Assembly (NCBI RefSeq): GCF_009914755.1
Contig: NC_060925.1
DNA length: 64,000 nucleotides
Direction: 5' to 3' (one strand)
Origin: the human T2T-CHM13v2.0 reference genome, Homo sapiens
Numbering within the stretch: the stretch's first letter is position 1; each line of letters starts with the position of its first letter. Position numbers and translations under genes: made by a program. This document shows positions 26,301 through 40,800 of the stretch, piece by piece. The notes below the pieces were generated by a model. That model was not told where the DNA came from. It worked only from the letters and a program-made list of their open reading frames with translations, and made no database searches.

Positions 26301-29300
26301 TTGCAAATTCCACAAAAAGAGTGTTTCAAGTCTGCTCTGTGTAAAGGATCGTACAACTCTGTGAGTTGAATACACACAACACAAGGAAGTTACTGAGAAT
26401 TCTTCTGTCTAGCAGAATATGAAGAAATCCCGTTTCCAACGAAGGCCTCAAGGAGGTCTGAATATCCACTTGCAGACTGTATAAACAGAGTGTTTCCTAA
26501 CTGCTCTATGAACAGAAAGGTTAAACTCTGTGAGTTGAACGAACACATCACAACGCAGTTTGTGGGAATGATTCTGTCTAGTTTTGAAACGAAGAAATTT
26601 CCTTTTCTGCCATTGACCTTAAAGCGCTTGAAATCTACACTTGCAAATTGCACAAATAGAGTGTTTCAAATCTGCTCTGTCTAAGGGAACGTTCAACTCT
26701 GTGAGTTGAATGCACACAACACAAGGAAGTTACTGGGAATTCTTCTGTCTAGCCTTACATGAAGAAAACCCGTTTCCAACGAAGGCCTCTAAGAGGTCAA
26801 AATATCCACGTGCAGACTTTACAAAGAGAGTGTTTCCAAACCGCTGAATGAAAAGAAAAGTTAAACTCTGAGAGTTGAACGCAGACATCACGCAGCAGTT
26901 TCTGAGAATGATTCTGTCTAGTTTTTATACGAAGATATTTCCTTTTCTGCCTTTGGCCCCAAAGCGCTTGAAATCTCCACTTGCAAATTCCACAAAAACA
27001 GTGTTTCAAATCTGCTCTCTCTAAATGAAAGTTCAACTCTGTCAGTTGAATACACACAACACAAGGAAGTTACTGAGAATTCTTCTGTCTAGCATAATAT
27101 GAAGAAATCCCGTTTCCAACGAAGGCCTCAAAGGGGTCTGAATATCCACTTGCAGACTTTATAAACAGAGTGTTTACTAACTGCTCTATGAAAAGAAAGG
27201 TTAAACTCTGTGAGTTGAACACACACATCACAAAGGAGTTTCTGAGAATCATTCTGTCTAGTCTTTATACGAAGATATTTCCTTTTCTACTATTGACCTG
27301 AAAGCGGCTGAAATCTCCACTTGCAAATTCCACAAAAAGAGTGTTTCAAGTCTGCTCTGTGTAAAGGATCCTTCAACTCTGTGAGTTGAATACACACAAC
27401 ACAAGGAAGTTACTGAGAATTCTTCTGTCTAGCAGAATATGAAGAAATCCCGTTTCCAACGAAGGCCTCAAGGAGGTCTGAATATCCACTTGCAGACTTT
27501 ACAAACAGAGTGTTTCCTAACTGCTCTATGAACAGAAAGGTTAAACTCTGTGAGTTGAACGCACACATCACAAAGGAGTTTCTGAGAATCATTCTGTCTA
27601 GTCTTTATACGAAGATATTTACTTTTCTACCATTGACCTCAAAGCGGCTGAAATCTCCACTTGCAAATTCCACAAAAAGAGTGTTTCAAGTCTGCTCTGT
27701 GTAAAGGATCCTTCAACTCTGTGAGTTGAATACACACAACACAAGGAAGTTACTGAGAATTCTTCTGTCTAGCAGAATATGAAGAAATCCCGTTTCCAAC
27801 GAAGGCCTCAAAGAGGTCTGAATATCCACTTGCAGACTTTACAAACAGAGTGTTTCCTAACTGCTCTATGAGAAGAAAAGTTAAACTCTGTGAGTTGAAC
27901 GCACACATCACAAAAGATTTTCTGAGAATCATTCTGTCTAGTCTTTATATGAAGATAGTTTCCTTTTCTACCATTGACCTCAAAGCGGCTGAAATCTCCA
28001 CTTGCAAATTCCACAAAAAGAGTGTTTCAAGTCTGCTCTGTGTAAAGGATCGTTCAACTCTGTGAGTTGAATACACACAACACAAGGAAGTTACTGAGAA
28101 TTCTTCTGTCTAGCAGAATATGAAGAAATCCCGTTTCCAACGAAGGCCACAAGATGTCAGAATATCCACTTGCAGACTTTACAAACAGAGTGTTTCCTAA
28201 CTGCTCTATGAACAGAAAGGTTAAACTCTGTGAGTTGAACGAACACATCACAACGCAGTTTGTGGGAATGATTCTGTCTAGTTTTGAAACGAAGATATTT
28301 CCTTTTCTGCTGTTGACCTTAAAGCGCTTGAAATCTACACTTGCAAATTGCACAAATAGAGTGTTTCAAATCTGCTCTGTCTAAGGGAACGTTCAACTCT
28401 GTGAGTTGAATGCACACAACACAAGGAAGTTACTGGGAATTCTTCTGTCTAGCCTTACATGAAAAAACCCGTTTCCAACGAAGGCCTCTAAGTGGTCAAA
28501 ATATCCACGTGCAGACTTTACAAACAGAGTGTTTCCAAACCGCTGAATGAAAAGAAAAGTTAAACTCTGAGAGTTGAACGCACACATCACGCAGCAGTTT
28601 CTGAGAATGATTCTGTCTAGTTTTTATACGAAGATATTTCCTTTTCTGCCTTTGGCCCCAAAGCGCTTGAAATCTCTACTTGCAAATTCCACAAAAACAG
28701 TGTTTCAAATCTGCTCTCTCTAAATGAAAGTTCAACTCTGTCAGTTGAATACACACAACACAAGGAAGTTACTGAGAATTCTTCTGTCTAGCATAATATG
28801 AAGAAATCCCGTTTCCAACGAAGGCCTCAAAGGGGTCTGAATATCCACTTGCAGACTTTATAAACAGAGTGTTTACTAACTGCTCTATGAAAAGAAAGGT
28901 TAAACTCTGTGAGTTGAACACACACATCACAAAGGAGTTTCTGAGAATCATTCTGTCTAGTTTTTCTACGAAGATATTTCCTTTTCTACTATTGACCTCA
29001 AAGCGGCTGAAATCTCCACTTGCAAATTCCACAAAAAGAGTGTTTCAAGTCTGCTCTGTGTAAAGGATCGTTCAACTCTGTGAGTTGAATACACACAACA
29101 CAAGGAAGTTACTGAGAATTCTTCTGTCTAGCAGAATATGAAGAAATCCCGTTTCCAACGAAGGCCTCAAGGAGGTCTGAATATCCACTTGCAGACTTTA
29201 CAAACAGAGTGTTTCCTAACTGCTCTATGAACAGAAAGGTTAAACTCTGTGAGTTGAACGCACACATCACAAAGGAGTTTCTGAGAATCATTCTGTCTAG

Positions 29301-31827
29301 TCTTTATACGAAGATATTTACTTTTCTACCATTGACTTCAAAGCGGCTGAAATCTCCACTTGCAAATTCCACAAAAAGAGTGTTTCAAGTCTGCTCTGTG
29401 TAAAGGATCATTCAACTCTGTGAGTTGAATACACACAACACAAGGAAGTTACTGAGAATTCTTCTGTCTAGCAGAATATGAAGAAATCCCGTTTCCAACG
29501 AAGGCCACAAGATGTCAGAATATCCACTTGCAGACTTTACAAACAGAGTGTTTCCTAACTGCTCTATGAACAGAAAGGTTAAACTCTGTGAGTTGAACGA
29601 ACACATCACAACGCAGTTTGTGGGAATGATTCTGTCTAGTTTTGAAACGAAGATATTTCCTTTTCTGCCGTTGACCTTAAAGCGCTTGAAATCTACACTT
29701 GCAAATTGCACAAATAGAGTGTTTCAAATCTGCTCTGTCTAAGGGAACCTTCAACTCTGTGAGTTGAATGCACACAACACAAGGAAGTTACTGGGAATTC
29801 TTCTGTCTAGCCTTACATGAAAAAAACCCGTTTCCAACGAAGGCCTCTAAGTGGTCAAAATATCCACGTGCAGAATTTACAAACAGAGTGTTTCCAAACC
29901 GCTGAATGAAAAGAAAAGTTAAACTCTGAGAGTTCAACGCACACATCACGCAGCAGTTTCTGAGAATGATTCTGTCTAGTTTTTATACGAAGATATTTCC
30001 TTTTCTGCCTTTGGCCCCAAAGCGCTTGAAATCTCCACTTGCAAATTCCACAAAAACAGTGTTTCAAATCTGCTCTCTCTAAATGAAAGTTCAACTCTGT
30101 CAGTTGAATACACACAACACAAGGAAGTTAATGAGAATTCTTCTGTCTAGCATAATATGAAGAAATCCCGTTTCCAACGAAGGCCTCAAAGGGGTCTGAA
30201 TATCCACTTGCAGACTTTATAAACAGAGTGTTTACTAACTGCTCTATGAAAAGAAAGGTTAAACTCTGTGAGTTGAACACACACATCACAAAGGAGTTTC
30301 TGAGAATCATTCTGTCTAGTTTTTCTACGAAGATATTTCCTTTTCTACTATTGACCTCAAAGCGGCTGAAATCTCCACTTGCAAATTCCACAAAAAGAGT
30401 GTTTCAAGTCTGCTCTGTGTAAAGGATCGTTCAACTCTGTGAGTTGAATACACACAACACAAGGAAGTTACTGAGAATTCTTCTGTCTAGCAGAATAGGA
30501 AGAAATCCCGTTTCCAACGAAGGCCTCAAAGAGGTCTGAATATCCACTTGCAGACTTTACAAACAGAGTGTTTCCTAACTGCTCTATGAAAAGAAAGGTT
30601 AAACTCTGTGAGTTGAACGCACACATCACAAAAGAGTTTCTGAGAATCGTTCTGTCTAGTTTCTATAGGAAGATATTTCCTATTCTACCATTGACCTCAA
30701 AGCGGCTGAAATCTCCACTTGCAAATTCCACAAAAAGAATGTTTCAAGTCTGCTCTGTGTAAAGGATCGTTCAACTCTGTGAGTTGAATACACACAACAC
30801 AAGGAAGTTACTGAGAATTCTTCTGTCTAGCATAATATGAAGAAATCCCGTTTCCAACGAAGGCCTCAAAGAGGTCTGAATATCCACTTGCAGACTTTAC
30901 AAACAGAGTGTTTCCTAACTGCTCTATGAAAAGAAAAGTTAAACTCTGTGAGTTGAACGCACACATCACAAAGGAGTCTCTGAGAATCATTCTGTCTAGT
31001 CTTTATACGAAGATATTTCCTTTTCTACCATTGACCTCAAAGCGGCTGAAATCTCCACTTGCAAATTCCACAAAAAGAGTGTTTCAAGTCTGCTCTGTGT
31101 AAAGGATCGTAAAACTCTGTGAGTTGAATACACACAACACAAGGAAGTTACTGAGAATTCTTCTGTCTAGCAGAATATGAAGAAATCCCGTTTCCAACGA
31201 AGGCCTGAAGGAGGTCTGAATATCCACTTGCAGACTGTATAAACAGAGTGTTTCCTAACTGCTCTATGAACAGAAAGGTTAAACTCTGTGAGTTGAACGA
31301 ACACATCACAACGCAGTTTGTGGGAATGATTCTGTCTAATTTTGAAACGAAGAAATTTCCTTTTCTGCCATTGACCTTAAAGCGCTTGAAATCTACACTT
31401 GCAAATTGCACAAATAGAGTGTTTCAAATCTGCTCTGTCTAAGGGAACGTTCAACTCTGTGAGTTGAATGCACACAACACAAGGAAGTTACTGGGAATTC
31501 TTCTGTCTAGCCTTACATGAAGAAAACCCGTTTCCAACGAAGGCCTCTAAGAGGTCAAAATATCCACGTGCAGACTTTACAAAGAGAGTGTTTCCAAACC
31601 GCTGAATGAAAAGAAAAGTTAAACTCTGAGAGTTGAACGCAGACATCACGCAGCAGTTTCTGAGAATGATTCTGTCTAGTTTTTATACGAAGATATTTCC
31701 TTTTCTGCCTTTGGCCCCAAAGCGCTTGAAATCTCCACTTGCAAATTCCACAAAAACAGTGTTTCAAATCTGCTCTCTCTAAATGAAAGTTCAACTCTGT
31801 GAGTTGAATACACACAACACAAGGAAG
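8378..31827 (-). repeat. Mixed HOR region: 10,16,12,10,10,10,10,10,22,10,8,10-monomer units
   Basis: C-dimer landmark at 8105, 9805, 12525, 14562, 16262, 17961, 19661, 21359, 23058, 26797, 28496, 29855, 31555. Confidence 0.88.
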
Positions 31828-34800
31828 TTACTGAGAATTCTTCTGTCTAGCATAATATGAAGAAATCCCGTTTCCAACGAAGGCCTCAAGGAGGTCTGAA
31901 TATCCACTTGCAGACTTTACAAACAGAGTGTTTCCTAACTGCTCTATGAACAGAAAGGTTAAACTCTGTGAGTTGAACGCACACATCACAAAGGAGTTTC
32001 TGAGAATCATTCTGTCTAGTCTTTATACGAAGATATTTACTTTTCTACCATTGACCTCAAAGCGGCTGAAATCTCCACTTGCAAATTCCACAAAAAGAGT
32101 TTTTCAAGTCTGCTCTGTGTAAAGGATCCTTCAACTCTGTGAGTTGAATACACACAACACAAGGAAGTTACTGAGAATTCTTCTGTCTAGCAGAATATGA
32201 AGAAATCCCGTTTCCAACGAAGGCCTCAAGGAGGTCTGAATATCCACTTGCAGACTTTACAAACAGAGTGTTTCCTAACTGCTCTATGAAAAGAAAGGTT
32301 AAACTCTGTGAGTTGGACGCACACATCACAAAGGAGTTTATGAGAATCATTCTGTCTAGTTTCTATAAGAAGATATTTCCTATTCTACCATTGACCTCAA
32401 AGCGGCTGAAATCTCCACTTGCAAATTCGACAAAAAGAGTGTTTCAAGCCTGCTCTCTGTAAAGGATCCTTCAACTCTGTGAGTTGAATACACACAACAC
32501 AAGGAAGTTACTGAGAATTCTTCTGTCTAGCAGAATATGAAGAAATCCCGTTTCCAACGAAGGCCTCAAAGAGGTCTGCATATCCACTTGCAGACTTTAC
32601 AAACAGAGTGTTTCCTAACTGCTCTATGAGAAGAAAAGTTAAACTCTGTGAGTTGAACGCAAACATGAAAAAAGATTTTCTGAGAATCATTCTGTCTAGT
32701 CTTTATATGAAGATAGTTTCCTTTTCTACCATTGACCTCAAAGCGGCTGAAATCTCCACTTGCAAATTCCACAAAAAGAGTGTTTCAAGTCTGCTCTGTG
32801 TAAAGGATCGTTCAACTCTGTGAGTTGAATACACACAACACAAGGAAGTTACTGAGAATTCTTCTGTCTAGCAGAATATGAAGAAATCCCGTTTCCAACG
32901 AAGGCCACAAGATGTCAGAATATCCACTTACAGACTTTACAAACAGAGTGTTTCCTAACTGCTCTATGAACAGAAAGGTTAAACTCTGTGAGTTGAACGA
33001 ACACATCACAACGCAGTTTGTGGGAATGATTCTGTCTAGTTTTGAAACGAAGATATTTCCTTTTCTGCCGTTGACCTTAAAGAGCTTGAAAACTACACTT
33101 GCAAATTGCACAAATAGAGTGTTTCAAATCTGCTCTGTCTAAGGGAACGTTCAACTCTGTGAGTTGAATGCACACAACACAAGGAAGTTACTGGGAATTC
33201 TTCTGTCTAGCCTTACATGAAAAAAACCCGTTTCCAACGAAGGCCTCTAAGTGGTCAAAATTTCCACGTGCAGACTTTACAAACAGAGTGTTTCCAAACC
33301 GCTGAATGAAAAGAAAAGTTAAACTCTGAGAGTTGAAAGCACACATCACGCAGCAGTTTCTGAGAATGATTCTGTCTAGTTTTTATACGAAGATATTTCC
33401 TTTTCTGCCTTTGGCCCCAAAGCGCTTGAAATCTCCACTTGCAAATTCCACAAAAACAGTGTTTCAAATCTGCTCTCTCTAAATGAAAGTTCAACTCTGT
33501 CAGTTGAATACACACAACACAAGGAAGTTACTGAGAATTCTTCTGTCTAGCATAATATGAAGAAATCCCGTTTCCAACGAAGGCCTCAAAGGGGTCTGAA
33601 TATCCACTTGCAGACTTTATAAACAGAGTGTTTACTAACTGCTCTATGAAAAGAAAGGTTAAACTCTGTGAGTTGAACACACACATCACAAAGGAGTTTC
33701 TGAGAATCATTCTGTCTAGTTTTTCTACGAAGATATTTCCTTTTCTACTATTGACCTCAAAGCGGCTGAAATCTCCACTTGCAAATTCCACAAAAAGAGT
33801 GTTTCAAGTCTGCTCTGTGTAAAGGATCGTTCAACTCTGTGAGTTGAATACACACAACACAAGGAAGTTACTGAGAATTCTTCTGTCTAGCAGAATATGA
33901 AGAAATCCCGTTTCCAACGAAGGCCTCAAGGAGGTCTGAATATCCACTTGCAGACTTTACAAACAGAGTGTTTCCTAACTGCTCTATGAAAAGAAAGGTT
34001 AAACTCTGTGAGTTGAACGCACACATCACAAAGGAGTTTCTGAGAATCATTCTGTCTAGTCTTTATACGAAGATATTTACTTTTCTACCATTGACCTCAA
34101 AGCGGCTGAAATCTCCACTTGCAAATTCCACAAAAAGAGTGTTTCAAGTCTGCTCTGTGTAAAGGATCGTTCAACTCTGTGAGTTGAATACACACAACAC
34201 AAGGAAGTTACTGAGAATTCTTCTGTCTAGCAGAATATGAAGAAATCCCGTTTCCAACGAAGGCCTCAAAGAGGTCTGAATATCCACTTGCAGACTTTAC
34301 AAACAGAGTGTTTCCTAACTGCTCTATGAAAAGAAAAGTTATACTCTGTGAGTTGAACGCACACATCACAAAGGAGTTTCTGAGAATCATTCTGTCTAGT
34401 TTCTATAGGAAGATATTTCCTATTCTACCTTTGACCTCAAAGCGGCTGAAATCTCCACTTGCAAATTCCACAAAAAGAGTGTTTCAAGTCTGCTCTCTGT
34501 AAAGGATCGTTCAACTCTGTGAGTTGAATACACACAACACAAGGAAGTTACTGAGAATTATTCTGTCTAGCATAATATGAAGAAATCCCGTTTCCAACGA
34601 AGGCCTCAAAGAGGTCTGAATATCCACTTGCAGACTTTACAAACAGAGTGTTTCCTAACTGCTCTATGAAAAGAAAACTTAAACTCTGTGAGTTGAACGC
34701 ACACATCACAAAGGAGTTTATGAGAATCATTCTGTCTAGTTTCTATAAGAAGATATTTCCTATTCTACCATTGACCTCAAAGCGGCTGAAATCTCCACTT

Positions 34801-37800
34801 GCAAATTCCACAAAAAGAGTGTTTCAAGTCTGCTCTCTGTAAAGGATCGTTCAACTCTGTGAGTTGAATACACACAACAGAAGGAAGTTACTGAGAATTC
34901 TTCTGTCTAGCAGAATGTGAAGAAATCCCGTTTCCAACGAAGGCCACAAGATGTCAGAATATCCACTTGCAGACTTTACAAACAGAGTGTTTCCTAACTG
35001 CTCTATGAACAGAAAGGTTAAACTCTGTGAGTTGAACGAACACATCACAACGCAGTTTGTGGGAATGATTCTGTCTAGTTTTGAAACGAAGATATTTCCT
35101 TTTCTGCCGTTGACCTTAAAGCGCTTGAAATCTACACTTGCAAATTGCACAAATAGAGTGTTTCAAATCTGCTCTGTCTAAGGGAACGTTCAACTCTGTG
35201 AGTTGAATGCACACAACACAAGGAAGTTACTGGGAATTCTTCTGTCTAGCCTTACATGAAAAAACCCGTTTCCAACGAAGGCCTCTAAGTGGTCAAAATA
35301 TCCACGTGCAGACTTTACAAACAGAGTGTTTCCAAACCGCTGAATGAAAAGAAAAGTTAAACTCTGAGAGTTGAACGCACACATCACGCAGCAGTTTCTG
35401 AGAATGATTCTGTCTAGTTTTTATACGAAGATATTTCCTTTTCTGCCTTTGGCCCCAAAGCGCTTAAAATCTCCACTTGCAAATTCCACAAAAACAGTGT
35501 TTCAAATCTGCTCTCTCTAAATGAAAGTTCAACTCTGTCAGTTGAATACACACAACACAAGGAAGTTACTGAGAATTCTTCTGTCTAGCATAATATGAAG
35601 AAATCCCGTTTCCAACGAAGGCCTCAAAGGGGTCTGAATATCCACTTGCAGACTTTATAAACAGAGTGTTTACTAACTGCTCTATGAAAAGAAAGGTTAA
35701 ACTCTGTGAGTTGAACACACACATCACAAAGGAGTTTCTGAGAATCATTCTGTCTAGTTTTTCTACGAAGATATTTCCTTTTCTACTATTGACCTCAAAG
35801 CGGCTGAAATCTCCACTTGCAAATTCCACAAAAAGAGTGTTTGAAGTCTGCTCTGTGTAAAGGATCGTTCAACTCTGTGAGTTGAATACACACAACACAA
35901 GGAAGTTACTGAGAATTCTTCTGTCTAGCAGAATATGAAGAAATCCCGTTTCCAACGAAGGCCTCAAGGAGGTCTGAATATCCACTTGCAGACTTTACAA
36001 ACAGAATGTTTCCTAACTGCTCTATGAAAAGAAAGGTTAAACTCTGTGAGTTGGACGCACACATCACAAAGGAGTTTATGAGAATCATTCTGTCTAGTTT
36101 CTATAAGAAGATATTTCCTATTCTACCATTGACCACAAAGCGGCTGAAATCTCCACTTGCAAATTCGACAAAAAGAGTGTTTCAAGCCTGCTCTCTGTAA
36201 AGGATCCTTCAACTCTGTGAGTTGAATACACACAACACAAGGAAGTTACTGAGAATTCTTCTGTCTAGCAGAATATGAAGAAATCCCGTTTCCAACGAAG
36301 GCCTCAAAGAGGTCTGCATATCCACTTGCAGACTTTACAAACAGAGTGTTTCCTAACTGCTCTATGAGAAGAAAAGTTAAACTCTGTGAGTTGAACGCAC
36401 ACATCGCAAAAGATTTTCTGAGAATCATTCTGTCTAGTCTTTATATGAAGATAGTTTCCTTTTCTACCATTGACCTCAAATCGGCTGAAATCTCCACTTG
36501 CAAATTCCACAAAAAGAGTGTTTCAAGTCTGCTCTGTGTAAAGGATCGTTCAACTCTGTGAGTTGAATACACACAACACAAGGAAGTTACTGAGAATTCT
36601 TCTGTCTAGCAGAATATGAAGAAATCCCGTTTCCAACGAAGGCCACAAGATGTCAGAATATCCACTTACAGACTTTACAAACAGAGTGTTTCCTAACTGC
36701 TCTATGAACAGAAAGGTTAAACTCTGTGAGTTGAACGAACACATCACAACGCAGTTTGTGGGAATGATTCTGTCTAGTTTTGAAACGAAGATATTTCCTT
36801 TTCTGCCGTTGACCTTAAAGAGCTTGAAAACTACACTTGCAAATTGCACAAATAGAGTGTTTCAAATCTGCTCTGTCTAAGGGAACGTTCAACTCTGTGA
36901 GTTGAATGCACACAACACAAGGAAGTTACTGGGAATTCTTCTGTCTAGCCTTACATGAAAAAAACCCGTTTCCAACGAAGGCCTCTAAGTGGTCAAAATT
37001 TCCACGTGCAGACTTTACAAACAGAGTGTTTCCAAACCGCTGAATGAAAAGAAAAGTTAAACTCTGAGAGTTGAAAGCACACATCACGCAGCAGTTTCTG
37101 AGAATGATTCTGTCTAGTTTTTATACGAAGATATTTCCTTTTCTGCCTTTGGCCCCAAAGCGCTTGAAATCTCCACTTGCAAATTCCACAAAAACAGTGT
37201 TTCAAATCTGCTCTCTCTAAATGAAAGTTCAACTCTGTCAGTTGAATACACACAACACAAGGAAGTTACTGAGAATTCTTCTGTCTAGCATAATATGAAG
37301 AAATCCCGTTTCCAACGAAGGCCTCAAAGGGGTCTGAATATCCACTTGCAGACTTTATAAACAGAGTGTTTACTAACTGCTCTATGAAAAGAAAGGTTAA
37401 ACTCTGTGAGTTGAACACACACATCACAAAGGAGTTTCTGAGAATCATTCTGTCTAGTTTTTCTACGAAGATATTTCCTTTTCTACTATTGACCTCAAAG
37501 CGGCTGAAATCTCCACTTGCAAATTCCACAAAAAGAGTGTTTCAAGTCTGCTCTGTGTAAAGGATCGTTCAACTCTGTGAGTTGAATACACACAACACAA
37601 GGAAGTTACTGAGAATTCTTCTGTCTAGCAGAATATGAAGAAATCCCGTTTCCAACGAAGGCCTCAAGGAGGTCTGAATATCCACTTGCAGACTTTACAA
37701 ACAGAGTGTTTCCTAACTGCTCTATGAAAAGAAAGGTTAAACTCTGTGAGTTGAACGCACACATCACAAAGGAGTTTCTGAGAATCATTCTGTCTAGTCT

Positions 37801-40800
37801 TTATACGAAGATATTTACTTTTCTACCATTGACCTCAAAGCGGCTGAAATCTCCACTTGCAAATTCCACAAAAAGAGTGTTTCAAGTCTGCTCTGTGTAA
37901 AGGATCCTTCAACTCTGTGAGTTGAATACACACAACACAAGGAAGTTACTGAGAATTCTTCTGTCTAGCAGAATATGAAGAAATCCCGTTTCCAACGAAG
38001 GCCTCAAAGACGTCTGAATATCCACTTGCAGACTTTACAAACAGAGTGTTTCCTAACTGCTCTATGAAAAGAAAGGTTATACTCTGTGAGTTGAACACAC
38101 ACATCACAAAGGAGTTTCTGAGAATCATTCTGTCTAGTTTCTATAGGAAGATATTTCCTATTCTACCTTTGACCTCAAAGCGGCTGAAATCTCCACTTGC
38201 AAATTCCACAAAAAGAGTGTTTCAAGTCTGCTCTCTGTAAAGGATCGTTCAACTCTGTGAGTTGAATACACACAACACAAGGAAGTTACTGAGAATTATT
38301 CTGTCTAGCATAATATGAAGAAATCCCGTTTCCAACGAAGGCCTCAAAGAGGTCTGAATATCCACTTGCAGACTTTACAAACAGAGTGTTTCCTAACTGC
38401 TCTATGAAAAGAAAACTTAAACTCTGTGAGTTGAACGCACACATCACAAAGGAGTTTATGAGAATCATTCTGTCTAGTTTCTATAAGAAGATATTTCCTA
38501 TTCTACCATTGACCTCAAAGCGGCTGAAATCTCCACTTGCAAATTCCACAAAAAGAGTGTTTCAAGTCTGCTCTCTGTAAAGGATCGTTCAACTCTGTGA
38601 GTTGAATACACACAACAGAAGGAAGTTACTGAGAATTCTTCTGTCTAGCAGAATGTGAAGAAATCCCGTTTCCAACGAAGGCCACAAGATGTCAGAATAT
38701 CCACTTGCAGACTTTACAAACAGAGTGTTTCCTAACTGCTCTATGAACAGAAAGGTTAAACTCTGTGAGTTGAACGAACACATCACAACGCAGTTTGTGG
38801 GAATGATTCTGTCTAGTTTTGAAACGAAGATATTTCCTTTTCTGCCGTTGACCTTAAAGCGCTTGAAATCTACACTTGCAAATTGCACAAATAGAGTGTT
38901 TCAAATCTGCTCTGTCTAAGGGAACGTTCAACTCTGTGAGTTGAATGCACACAACACAAGGAAGTTACTGGGAATTCTTCTGTCTAGCCTTACATGAAAA
39001 AACCCGTTTCCAACGAAGGCCTCTAAGTGGTCAAAATATCCACGTGCAGACTTTACAAACAGAGTGTTTCCAAACCGCTGAATGAAAAGAAAAGTTAAAC
39101 TCTGAGAGTTGAACGCACACATCACGCAGCAGTTTCTGAGAATGATTCTGTCTAGTTTTTATACGAAGATATTTCCTTTTCTGCCTTTGGCCCCAAAGCG
39201 CTTAAAATCTCCACTTGCAAATTCCACAAAAACAGTGTTTCAAATCTGCTCTCTCTAAATGAAAGTTCAACTCTGTCAGTTGAATACACACAACACAAGG
39301 AAGTTACTGAGAATTCTTCTGTCTAGCATAATATGAAGAAATCCCGTTTCCAACGAAGGCCTCAAAGGGGTCTGAATATCCACTTGCAGACTTTATAAAC
39401 AGAGTGTTTACTAACTGCTCTATGAAAAGAAAGGTTAAACTCTGTGAGTTGAACACACACATCACAAAGGAGTTTCTGAGAATCATTCTGTCTAGTTTTT
39501 CTACGAAGATATTTCCTTTTCTACTATTGACCTCAAAGCGGCTGAAATCTCCACTTGCAAATTCCACAAAAAGAGTGTTTCAAGTCTGCTCTGTGTAAAG
39601 GATCGTTCAACTCTGTGAGTTGAATACACACAACACAAGGAAGTTACTGAGAATTCTTCTGTCTAGCAGAATATGAAGAAATCCCGTTTCCAACGAAGGC
39701 CTCAAGGAGGTCTGAATATCCACTTGCAGACTTTACAAACAGAATGTTTCCTAACTGCTCTATGAAAAGAAAGGTTAAACTCTGTGAGTTGGACGCACAC
39801 ATCACAAAGGAGTTTATGAGAATCATTCTGTCTAGTTTCTATAAGAAGATATTTCCTATTCTACCATTGACCACAAAGCGGCTGAAATCTCCACTTGCAA
39901 ATTCGACAAAAAGAGTGTTTCAAGCCTGCTCTCTGTAAAGGATCCTTCAACTCTGTGAGTTGAATACACACAACACAAGGAAGTTACTGAGAATTCTTCC
40001 GTCTAGCAGAATATGAAGAAATCCCGTTTCCAACGAAGGCCTCAAAGAGGTCTGCATATCCACTTGCAGACTTTACAAACAGAGTGTTTCCTAACTGCTC
40101 TATGAGAAGAAAAGTTAAACTCTGTGAGTTGAACGCACACATCGCAAAAGATTTTCTGAGAATCATTCTGTCTAGTCTTTATATGAAGATAGTTTCCTTT
40201 TCTACCATTGACCTCAAATCGGCTGAAATCTCCACTTGCAAATTCCACAAAAAGAGTGTTTCAAGTCTGCTCTGTGTAAAGGATCGTTCAACTCTGTGAG
40301 TTGAATACACACAACACAAGGAAGTTACTGAGAATTCTTCTGTCTAGCAGAATATGAAGAAATCCCGTTTCCAACGAAGGCCACAAGATGTCAGAATATC
40401 CACTTACAGACTTTACAAACAGAGTGTTTCCTAACTGCTCTATGAACAGAAAGGTTAAACTCTGTGAGTTGAACGAACACATCACAACGCAGTTTGTGGG
40501 AATGATTCTGTCTAGTTTTGAAACGAAGATATTTCCTTTTCTGCCGTTGACCTTAAAGAGCTTGAAAACTACACTTGCAAATTGCACAAATAGAGTGTTT
40601 CAAATCTGCTCTGTCTAAGGGAACGTTCAACTCTGTGAGTTGAATGCACACAACACAAGGAAGTTACTGGGAATTCTTCTGTCTAGCCTTACATGAAAAA
40701 AACCCGTTTCCAACGAAGGCCTCTAAGTGGTCAAAATTTCCACGTGCAGACTTTACAAACAGAGTGTTTCCAAACCGCTGAATGAAAAGAAAAGTTAAAC

